Origin: Hydrolagus affinis
Lineage: Eukaryota
Length of the DNA stretch: 64,000 nucleotides
Direction of reading: 5' to 3'
Assembly (NCBI GenBank): GCA_012026655.1
Contig: JAAILG010000612.1
Location: 1 to 64,000 of the forward strand
The notes beneath the pieces were generated by a model, which saw nothing but the letters and a program-made list of their open reading frames with translations, was not told the DNA's origin and searched no databases. This document shows, in pieces, positions 26,712 to 37,203 of the stretch. Within the stretch, counting starts at the first letter, position 1. Each line of letters starts with the position of its first letter. The position numbers and the translations under genes are program-made.

Positions 26712-27024
26712 TTATAATAATCCTTGCATTTTGATATGGCGCTTTTCATGTCTTCTAGATGTCTCAAAGTGCTTCTCAGAATACATTGTAAAGTGAATTG
26801 ACAGGAAATTTCTGGGCGAAACACGGCAGCCAATTGGGCACAGCAATATCCCACAAACAGTCATGGATTGAAATGACCAATTTTATTATTGTGTTTTTTT
26901 TTGGAGGGATTATTATTAGGCATGTGGAGTAAGGAAACTTGCCCAAGGTTTCACCCTGACCTGCCTGGATTCGAACACAGATCTCACGCATGTCAGGTGA
27001 GTGCTCTAACCACTGAGCTACAGA
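26712..27024 (-). mobile_element. tRNA-derived SINE, full length
   Basis: ataataatccttgcattttgatatggcgc...gagtgctctaaccactgagctacag. Confidence 0.92.
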
Positions 27025-27219
27025 ATTGAAACTATGCTGCGAGATGAGAAATCCCTCTGAATTTTTTTTTTGCAAAATGCCTGTGACAAACTGCTTCAGA
27101 GCACAAACAAATGTTCCCAGGGTCAAAACAGATTAGATCCAAACTTTTAAATCTTCCTGATGAGGTAGAAGGCACAAACATTTGTGACTGTTACTGATTC
27201 TGGCTAATCACACCTAACA

Positions 27220-27520
27220 AAACTATAGAAATTTACAACACAGAAGAAGGCTATTTGGCCCATCAGTTCTGTGCTGGCTTTTTAAAAAGTAAAATCTATT
27301 CAATGCCATGTAATTTCCCAAACCCTTGCAAATTACTTCTTTTTAGAAACTTACCTAGCTTCCTCTTGAAAACTGATATGGATTCTGACTCAACCAGGGA
27401 ACTGGCACCACAGTGCGCTTCCTAAATGTCTATAATTTTATTTCCTAGCCTCTCATTTGCTAATGATGTTAAATTTATGCCCTCTGGTCCCTGACTCACC
27501 ACGCAGTGGAAACAATATCT
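27220..27520 (-). mobile_element. CR1 3' fragment (further short minus-strand CR1 tails near 19240, 23765, 45880 and 58410)
   Basis: atagaaatttacaacacagaagaaggctatttggcccatc...ttcctcttgaaaactg...ttaaatttatgccctctggtcc is the reverse of a CR1 3' region. Confidence 0.7.
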
Positions 27521-27899
27521 TGCAGTAGCCTGCCTTTTATTAACGATAATGTAAGTCAGCATGTCTCATACAAAGACAGGAGGAACAATAAATCCTAATG
27601 GTCAGGCTCTGGCTGTGTACAACCTAGTGTAAATCAACAGCACTAAAGAAGGAAGGCATTCTACAGGCCCCTGAGATTTTTTAGAATATCATGACGTGAT
27701 ACATGTAATTTCACCTTGCACAAGTGATCGAGATGGGTGCCTTTTATTAATCTAATCTGGACCCTTGTGTAAAGACAGGATCTTTGCAAGCTGTTCTGGG
27801 ATGTAACCAGTTAGATCTGCCGAAAGATATCTCTTGTTGGTTTTGAAGGTCACGCTTTTAAGCAAAATCATGCTGTAAATTCAGCGTTAAAAATAATTG

Positions 27900-28456
27900 A
27901 TCAAGAATCGCTTTCCTGCACCTCCAGCTCCTCTGACCTTACCCAAATACCCAACATGCCAACACCCTCAGCCACGCTTTCTTCAACTATAGCCTCAATT
28001 AGTACAATATCTTTGCCAGTCTTCCCAGCTCTACTATCCACTAAATCCATCTAACTCAGAACTTTGCCACCCATATACTTATCCACTCTAAACTCAATTC
28101 CCTTATCACTGGCTCCCTGTGACTGAACATCCTCACACTTCATGCCTTGACACCTCCCTCCCCTACCTCTCCGAGCTGCTTACTGCCCTCGATTTGATTG
28201 GTTCCGACCTGTTGCTTGTGCCTCGTCTCTTGCGCTCCACCTTTGGCATCCATGCTTCCAGCCACTAAGCCCCCAAATTTTGGACCTCTCTCCTTCAATC
28301 CCACTGGCTCTCCTTCCCCTTTTTTGGATCACGCCTGAAGACTTTCCTCTTCAACTGTGCTTACGGTCACCTCATCCCTAATACTGCCTTGGCATCAGTG
28401 TTCTCAGTCGCTATCCTGTGAGAAGGATGCTATATAAATGTAAGTTATCATTGTTG
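27900..28456 (+). mobile_element. Decayed L2-type LINE 3' fragment
   Basis: ccctcccctacctctccgagctg...tccagccactaagcccccaaattttggacctctctcc...aagactttcctcttcaactgtgc...ggatgctatataaatgtaagtt, homologous to the 36475-36860 copy. Confidence 0.75.
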
Positions 28457-28879
28457 TGATTCTGTGCTGTGTACAAATTGTTTTGGGTAGGACAACAGCA
28501 GTGACAGGGAATATAATACTGGATTCAAAACCATGTCTCAGTACTGAAGTAACAGGTTTCTAACCTTTGGTGATACCGCTCTTCTGTTTATGAGATTGCA
28601 CATTACAAATCTAGTTGTACCATCTGACATGATTGGAATTGTCCATCATACATCACACTCTCTTATGTTCAGTATCTTGCAAACACAAACCAGATGACGG
28701 AAGTCTTTTGAAGAGATGTAGTGGGGTGGGTGAGGGTAAGGAACAATATAATAAAGAGGTAAAACATTTATTATAAAAGGTTTATAAGGAAAAATTCTTT
28801 GTTGGGAGCCCTGCATCAAACTTTCATTGTATTTTTTTGCTCTATACATATCTTTTTAACGCACTAAGCACTGTATAAA

Positions 28880-29110
28880 TATGTGTTTCAGTGACCACAC
28901 TAACAAGACAGTGATACTGTACGAGTCTACTGAAGAGCTGAGACAAGCTGTCGAAGATGCATTTTGCCTCGTCACTCCATCCCTGTTACTGAAGATGTTG
29001 CACCAAACATGGCGTCCAATGATTATCTGCCAGAAAATGATGGCGCTTCACTCTAAATACACTTAAACACTTGGATCGAGTAGAGTTACGCACTTCTAAA
29101 TACACTCGTC
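28880..29110 (+). mobile_element. Tc1/mariner-type transposase C-terminal remnant with a possible right TIR
   Basis: ORF 28881..29066 STEELRQAVEDAFCLVTPSLLLKMLHQTWRPMIICQ resembles the mariner/Tc1 C-terminal helix (ELRxAIEDAFxxITPxMLxxMxxxTWRRxxLC). It is followed by ttacgcacttctaaatacactcgt, which looks like a TIR. Confidence 0.6.
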
Positions 29111-30081
29111 CACATTCTTCCCCATGTTTGAGTTATTGGTTTGTGGACTGTAGAAAAACCACTTGGGGGTTGGGGGGAAGTAACAGAACTTTGTGGACAG
29201 CCCGCACCCACATCCAACAAAAAAATTGATTTTGCACCAAAAGATTCCATTAGCATGAGACAAAGAAAGATATCACATGGCACAGTTAGCGGACAGTGCA
29301 CACACCCGTCAAAACATTTATTGATTTTTCTTCATCCAAACGCACCAATAATAATAATAATAATCTTTGCATGGCACAAAGCAGACAACAGCCAAAAAAC
29401 AGTGTCATGAAATTGACGAGTTTAACTACAGATTTATGAGAGATTCCCTATGTGTCAATTCGATTTCCTCTCTTGCCCAATTGTTACAGTAAATGTAACT
29501 TTCCCATGGGTCTGAGCCCCTGCCTCAAACCTTAACCGATTGCTCATTTTTTTCTGGTACCATTTATAAGCCTTTGCCAGGTTTTTCTCAAAGATGGCTA
29601 GTTGCATTAAGATGTCTTAAATCATTCGTACACTCACTGGAGGCACTTATTCAAATGTATCTTATTTACAGAATACATCCTAACCATGTTCCAAACCCAA
29701 GCTACTCTGTCTAAAACAATGAGTTACGGTACATCTAAGCACATGCAGTTTTGAAACACATCATTGGATTAGTGTACAATATTCATGCCTCTCTTTCTGT
29801 TCGAAACGCATAAGTGCAATAGAAGCCACAATATAAGCGGTTAAAAAGTGTAGCTAGACAGCAAATAACAATCAATCTCTATATTCTCTCCCCACTCACC
29901 CACCCCCACCTCTCTCCCCTTGGTTTCCTTTTCTTTACATTTTAACGTTTGCGTCTTGTCTCGTTACATGCAACATGGACCAACCACGCCTTAAAAAGCT
30001 GCGGGTTATTGAGGATGCGCATCCAGAGCAACAGCAGAGCAAAGCAAAGCAGGTTACAAGCTAGAGATTAAGAAGCCCCAC

Positions 30082-30136
30082 CACTGGCTGGAGGCCCTCG
30101 CCAGTTAGCAAAGGGCAGGTGAAAACAGTCGCACAT
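30082..30136 (-). CDS. AHNAK2: AHNAK2 coding exon 1 (translation start of the long isoform)
   Basis: gccaagATG TGC GAC TGT TTT CAC CTG CCC TTT GCT AAC TGG CGA GGG CCT CCA GCC AGT G|gtgggg encodes MCDCFHLPFANWRGPPAS(G), matching the human N-terminus MCDCFHMVLPTWPGTPGS. The phase-1 donor fits exon 2. A second phase-1 GT lies 3 nt earlier. Confidence 0.9.
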
Positions 30137-30500
30137 CTTGGCAATCCTCTAGTAGTTTCCCAATCTACTTCTCCTGTCAGCCGGACGAGTTCTGAAGTAG
30201 AGAAAGGCAATATTCCATCCCGACAGGCTAGCTGGTAGTGCTGAAGCTCAGCATCGCTGCAGCTAGGAGAATAAATAAAAACGCTGACACACTGTCCACT
30301 CTCTCTCTCTCTCTCTCCCTGCCTCTCTCTCTCTCTCTTGCATCACTGAATGTGAATCCCTGGATAGGCACCAAATTATACAGGTCAGCTTTGTAATGCA
30401 TTACGCCAAATTGATCCAATCTGCAGAGGACATCCAGGTCGCTGCAGAAAATCCTGCCAAGCTACAAATCAACTTGCTTGTCTACTGTACCAATGCGTTT
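30137..30500 (-). promoter_or_regulatory. Putative AHNAK2 5' leader and proximal promoter, with a (GA)n tract at about 30298-30337
   Basis: Lies directly upstream of the start codon and is locally richer in GC/CpG. CCAAT words near 30416 and 30490. The TSS cannot be determined from sequence. Confidence 0.5.
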
Positions 30501-31087
30501 GGTGGTAGACAGTATCAGAAGAAACCTCACCTATTTCTCCCAACCCTTTGGAGAGTATCAATTGGTGGTAGTTTCTTGTTCATAGATTATGGGAACATTG
30601 AATGTCGTTTGTGGCTGCATGTTTGTAAATATATATATAGTACAGTATATAGATAGTGGTTCTGGATGCATTTAAGTTCTTTTGAATGGTTAAACTTTGA
30701 GGATACAGTAATTGCAATACTATTGGAAATGACATTGTGAACCAGGAGACTTTTTCTTACATGATGTGCACTTTAACAGCACTTTAATTGTTGGTTTTAA
30801 ATACTTTTTTTTTGCATTATTTGTATCTCAAGTGCTGACACATACAGTACAGCTCTGTGTAATGTTTATGCCATTAACAAAGTAAAGGTATTTGGACAAA
30901 TTGATCTATTTTGATACAAAGTCTGCTGGTTCATTAGGTTTTAAAATAATAATGATCCTTGGATTCGATTTAGCATTTTATCGTGTTGTTGAGAACATCT
31001 CAAAGTGCTTCATGAGATATGCTGTAAAGTGAATTGACTGTGTATTTTGTAGGCATGCAATTGCAAAGATGGAAAAAAAATCCTTTA

Positions 31088-31340
31088 TACAACAACAACA
31101 AAATTACATTTGTATAGCGCCTTTCACATCAGGAGAATGTCCCAAGGCATTGGACAGTCAGTGTTTCAGACCTGAGCTGGGGTCAGGATCAGGGTGAGTG
31201 GAGGAAAGGGAGGGGAGGAGAGTTGACCGATGAGATTGTTGAAGAGGAGGGTTTTAAGGTGGGACTTGAAGGAGGCTAGAGAGGGGGTGAGGCAGAGGGA
31301 TTGAGGGGTGGAATTCCAGAGGTTGGGGGCAGCCACTATT
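31088..31340 (-). mobile_element. L2-type LINE 3' fragment
   Basis: ORF text AAPNLWNSTPQSLCLTPSLASFKSHLKTLLF plus the (CAA)n-aaattacatttgtatagcgcctttcac tail. Confidence 0.8.
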
Positions 31341-34300
31341 TGCAAGCAAATTTCAGGTAAATAGAAAATGTGTAGAAAAAGTAGAATATTAACACAGGCA
31401 ATGTGATGGGGATGAGGTGAATCCATTACTGTGAGAAAGTTGCAGCCAAGTTAAGAACGTTTAAGCAGGAATGCTCTCTGTATAATAATTATGGTTCATA
31501 GTTATTGGAGTCATCCATTTTATTGCTGAGTTAAAGTGACAGCTATCAAACCACTTGTAGAAAGAATATTTTACATTTCCAATATATTTCATGCCAGTCC
31601 CACTTTGATTCATGAATTAAGAAATACTTGAACAATTCTAAGATAATGTATGGTTCGGATGTAAACCCCTTAGTATTTTATTAACCTGATGAATTGAAAC
31701 ATGAATGAAGACGGCTTCTTTTTAAACTGAACAAGTTGCCTTCATGTATTTGTAGTTATAAGATTCATCTGCAGCAGGTTATTTAGCAAACCCAAACCAA
31801 ATAGTGTATGAACACAATTTTATTTAAAGATATCTGGATACCATAATAATAAAAATAATAATAATATTCCTTGCATTTCATATAGCGCTTTTCGCTTCTT
31901 CTAGACATCTCAAAGCTCAAAATCTGTTTGATCGCTGCACTACCAAATATTTGCAAAGTAATGCATTCTCTAGGCATTCTGTGCTAGGGTTCCCATGTGT
32001 AAGTGTTTCTGGGTGGTGAGATGATCTGTGGAAGATGATCATCCGTTCATATCTCAGAAACTGGTCAGTTTATCTCGGTTTACATATTGGATATCCAACA
32101 TGCTTGTTGGCTCACACAGAGCCAAATGCAACCAAGGAGTCGTTTAATTTGTGAATTAGATACGTTGCGGATTACATTGGGTTTAATGCTCAGATAAGAG
32201 GCTGATCTGCTATTAAAGAAACGCTGGCAGTGATCGGGAAGGTGTTCCCAGGACTTAGGAGTCTAAAGTGAGAAGGTTGTGTGGTCCACAGAAGTAGCAG
32301 AAGCATGCAGGCAAACACATTCGCAACATATGAACTAGACAGACAGGAATAGAAAATAGCAGTGATTTTATTAGCAAATATGTTACATGATCTAGTGTAT
32401 TATTAGCCATGTCAATGACCTGCCCAGGGAACCTCCCAGCAGTCACGAGCCGGTTTTAAGATGCAAAACGCCATTGCATTCATCGTGGGAATGTCAATAT
32501 GTGTGACACGCCAAAGACCACAACCCCCGGACACCAGCCCCCACACCAATAAATTCAAAGTTATTCAAATTGAAATAATGCCAATTATTCACAACTCCTG
32601 GGACAATATTGATTGATTGCATTCACATCCAAGAATCCAACTGGTAATCACAGACTTGTGTGGGAACAGGTGGCCAAACGTAAAGTGTCAAAAGGGACTT
32701 CAAAACAGGCTTTAAAGTGAGGCAGCAGAGGGCAAAGTGGAGTTCCAGAGAGGTAAGATGTTTCTTTGTTTATTTTTTAAAAAAAGAAAAAACTGTTTTA
32801 CTCGCATGAAGTCTGAGCCATTATGAAGATATTGACATTTCAGGACTAACAGTCGAAAGTTGCTGACTGCAGAGGAACCGTGGCCATCCATTGGAGATCC
32901 GATTTCTGAATGTCCCACAATATAACTCACAGCCTTATTAATGAGTCATTTATTAGTTCCCACAGGATTTAACAAGGGAGATAAGTGCTATCAAAACAAT
33001 TGGTTTTATAAGTAACCTGCATCTATGAAAAATAACAGCATTTTTGGAGGGGAAGATGAACATGGATGAATAGAAGGATTCTCCAGTTATGAGAGCAATT
33101 ACTCCCCACCTTTCACCCACCCACTACCTATTTTCAACAAGAAATATCCATTTTCATCACCAAGGAATGAGCATGATTTTGTTTAACCAATTAGGCTAAT
33201 TTCCTGGGTATCTAGACCCAAATGCTGTACAATGGCAGCCTGCCTAGCAACATATGCTTTGAAAGCTGGTTAGGGCAGAAACGGTTTAATATCATTGTTA
33301 TTCTATCAGTGATGCCCAGTGAAATCTCTGCAAACTCCCATCAATACTTTAATAACTTGTTTTCATCGATTCAACCAAATGAAAGCACAAGAGAACTTGG
33401 TGTATGATTTTTAGATTTTATTGATTTCAACAGGTTTATTAAAATTGCTTCCTCCTCCAGGTGATTGCTCAATTATCCAAGTCATTAATGATGTAGATTC
33501 TGGGGTTTTGGAGAGTGGTTCACTCTTCACTGTTTTCAGGTTAAAGTGGGTTCCAGTCCACAGCTGGTGATTCCATCACTAGATGATCTTTTACAGCTCC
33601 TAGGCTACACGGTCTTTCTCATCTTGATGGAAGTCATACATGGTGGTACATTTGGGGGAAATCCATTGCTCTTTATCATTTCAGGAATTAAACGTTGCTA
33701 CAGTGATAAAGCATTTTTCTTTTCCATCTTTACTCAAGATCAAACTCAAGCTTCGAAAAAGCTTAAATCAATGTTCCCTCTAACATAAAGTGGGAGTCAG
33801 GTTACAAATGGAACCACTTTCGGTCTGCAACAGAACTGGACTTGGGCCACGATCATTCGGTTTTAATTCAACAAATTGGCTTTGCCCGTGCGTCATTTCC
33901 TTCTATTTGAAGGTCAGATATTTTGGATACTGCAGAACTCCTCACCCTTTATCTTATTAGAATTATACATTATTCTATATGTTTACATTTGGTAACAGAA
34001 ACCCCTAGAGAGGATTATTTTTAGAAAGAGTTATTACAAAATGCAAAATATAAGGCAATTTTTTTTAATGAACTAAAATGCGCAGTGCATAGATCCAAGC
34101 ATTTATCTGATTCCTCAAATTTTGGGGGGTGAACTTTACAGATCATTTTCAATGTAAAGATACCTAGTGGTGGTAAGAGCTATTGTTTCTTAATCAGTCA
34201 TACTTCTTAGCTGTTCATGCAAACTCCATATAATGTAGCTATTGGCACAAAATGTACTTCCTGGCAACTTGTGTTGGCATCTGTACAACTATAATAAGTC

Positions 34301-36474
34301 AGGTCTATAAATGAGTTAGTGATAAAATTGTTGAAATATTTTTCAAAGGCATTACCTCAGCATAGAATAGATAATAAAGCCTAAGCTAGGAATTGAAACT
34401 TAATAAAAGAACAATACCAAACACTTAATTTTAAAATACTGATCAGGATTTATAAACTACTGCAGTGGACTCATCATTTTAGGCTTTTTTAAATGTGCAA
34501 AATCTATATAATTCCTTCATTAGAATGGGCATGCGACACCCAAAAAGACACAAGTTTTAAGGTGACAACACAGGATGAAGTACAAGTCAGTGGTCTTTGA
34601 AGGAATGCAGAGAAAAATATTACAGTCTATTACAATTATTACTAAGATTATATGTTTTTCTAGTGACTGACGGTCGATTTAAATTAAACTGAATGGCTAA
34701 GTGCTTCAGTTACAGTCAATCATTACCACGGTTATTGCATAATCTTTGATTTTAAAAGCTGAGGGGCTGTATTTAATTTTATTTAGACAGCATGGAATGC
34801 ATTAGGTTAGGACACTATATTTCATTTCTTGCATTATCTTATTAATACACTACTTCTGTGCATTTGCAGAATTGTAACCACAATGTATACCGATAACTAT
34901 AGTATCACTGTAGTTAACTGGTACCTAGACTTGTTTAGATCCAGTTATATTAGTTAAGGGTTCTAGGTTATCTTATAGTAGTAAACTGTGACCTGTTTAC
35001 ATTTTTAAAAATTTTAAATGAACAATTCCTAATCTCAGGATGTGTTCACTCGGTGAAAGGAACTGAGTCGTAAAAATTAGATGTTTGATTTGTGGGTGAG
35101 GTGGATTGCCTAAATAAGTTATAAACAATCAAAGATACTTCAGATCCAACCATAATGTTTCCATTGCTGGAGTCAATGGCTGAGTAAAGAATACATGGCA
35201 TGAAAGGGCAGTATGAGAGAGTGGGTTTATTGGGAGTCAGCAAGAAATAGGAAGCAGATTGACTACACTAGCAGGAATTTATAAGTCCTGTTTCCTATTA
35301 GTAAAAGCATAAGTAACTCCTCATTATATTGGAGTCTATTGTTGCATTTTCTACACATTAGCAGCAGTTTTGCTAGTTTCACAACTGTTTTCTATTGAGG
35401 CACAAGTGGTCATTCGTAGTTCAGCCTTTATTTTGTGGGCAGGTGAAGAGAACTAGGTAACTTGGAATGTTTCAGGATAACAGGTGGTTTCTAGTTGTCT
35501 TGAAATGAAGAAAAAGGCAGAAGATAAGTTGAAAAGAGTAATCGACATCTAAAGGGATGATACAAAAGACCATTTAGATTTAACAGGATGGGATCTAACT
35601 CACTGTGATACCTTACATCGAAATAATCATTACTAAGAAACCCAGACATTGTAGAAGTTAGTAATTAATTACCATAGGCATTATGTGTAAACAGAGGGTG
35701 AATATGTTAGTATGTAAAACTATAAAGTTTGCTATGAGTCAGGAAACCAGCTGACAGAGTAATTTACCAGAATGATCAGAACAAGAGGGCGAAAGGTCAG
35801 TCATAAAGGGGATTGAGTGACAGGAATCAGAACTGGAGCCACAAAGATATAAAACAGTGGGGAATTTAAGTGAAACTTAAATGGTTTTAGCATACAACAC
35901 AAACCCCACAGATTGAAACAAGATGCGTAGAAAAAAAAATCTGTCACAAACTAAAGCATGCGCTTTGAGACGTCTAGACGACGCAAAAAGCGCTATATCA
36001 AATGCAAGGATTATTATTATTAGCTAATTTTATGCAGGAGTGTACATGATATTTTGAGAGGAAATAATGAAATTGGGTGAGGAGACATTATTCGTAGGGA
36101 TGTTTGATAAGTGGTGAAGTACTAGATGAAGAAAATTTTTGTCATGAGGATTTCAATTGACCATTTGTTACCATAGGTACATTTTTTGACAGAGTAAAAC
36201 TGTATTTCCTCCTCCCATTTAAATTAATCTAAACCTTTTCTCTAATCATTTCCAGGTGTTTAAAATGATATAATCCTAGGGGAGATTATAATGACACAGT
36301 GCACAGATTTTTCTGCTCTTTAACCATCAGTAACCTCTGAAATAGTATTATTTAACAGGTTGTCCTGCCAACCTTAGAATATAGTTGAGGTTCACAAACC
36401 ATTTAAAAATTAACTTTCCTAATTTGTGTTGTTATCTGACACTGTTGAATAATATAATAATCCTTGTGCCTTAT

Positions 36475-36860
36475 CAACAACAACAACAACTTTGATTTAT
36501 ATAGCGCCCTCCACGCCGGACGGCGTCTCAGAGCAAATCACAATAGCGGATCCTGGGACCGAGCCAGGGGCAGAGATAGAAAGGTGACCAAAGGTGCAGT
36601 CGAAGTGAAAGGTCTTTAGCTGTGATCTGAAACTGGGAAGAAAGGGGGCGAAGCGAAGGGAGTGAGGAAGGGAGTTCCAGAGCCTCGGGGCGTAGTGGCT
36701 GAAGGCACGGCCGCTGAGGGTGGAGCGGAGGATTTGGGGAGCATGGAGGAGGCCAGACCCAGTAGAGCAAAGGTAACGGGTGCTGGTTTGAGGAGAGAAG
36801 AGGTCAGAGAGGTAGGGGGTGCAGAGGAGTGGAGGGATTTGAAGACAATGACGTTGTCTT
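36475..36860 (-). mobile_element. L2-type LINE 3' fragment
   Basis: ORF 36497..36886 reads PYLSDL...GRAFSHYAPRLWNSLPHSLRFAP.LPSFRSQLKT, a typical L2 ORF2 C-terminus. The 3' end is ggcgctatataaatcaaag(ttg)n. Confidence 0.9.
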
Positions 36861-37203
36861 AACACGTCGTTGAGATGTCCCAACACACATCACAGAATAT
36901 ACTGTAAAGTGAAATTGACTTTATATTTTGAGGGCAAAACAAAGTAGCCAGTTTCGCACAGCAATGTCCCACAAACAGTCACGGATTGAGTGACCCCATT
37001 TTTGAAAAGCTTTTTTTTTACTGGATTATTACCCCCTGGAAAGCGATCCACCAATTGACTAACAACTGAGTTCCCACTTACTGCTAAGTAAACAGAGGTG
37101 TGTGGAGTAAACAAGTTTGCCTAAGGTTTCACCCTGGCTGGGAATCAAACCAGGTCCTCTCATTTGCAAGCTGAATGCTCTAGCCAATACTCTACAAGAC
37201 TCA
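36861..37203 (-). mobile_element. tRNA-derived SINE whose tail is interrupted by the L2 fragment (tail remnant at 36454-36474)
   Basis: Family body and head in reverse orientation; ataataatccttg lies on the far side of the L2. Confidence 0.8.

Noticed and set aside
31686-31702. CTGATGA-ATT-GAAAC hammerhead-like word
   Set aside because: No stem II and no flanking helices are visible; probably chance.
33050-35900. Possible exons of a neighbouring gene (ORFs 33222, 33546, 35046)
   Set aside because: Fragments such as FESWLGQK and PLLFII look more like a heavily decayed CR1 reverse transcriptase, too degraded to delimit.
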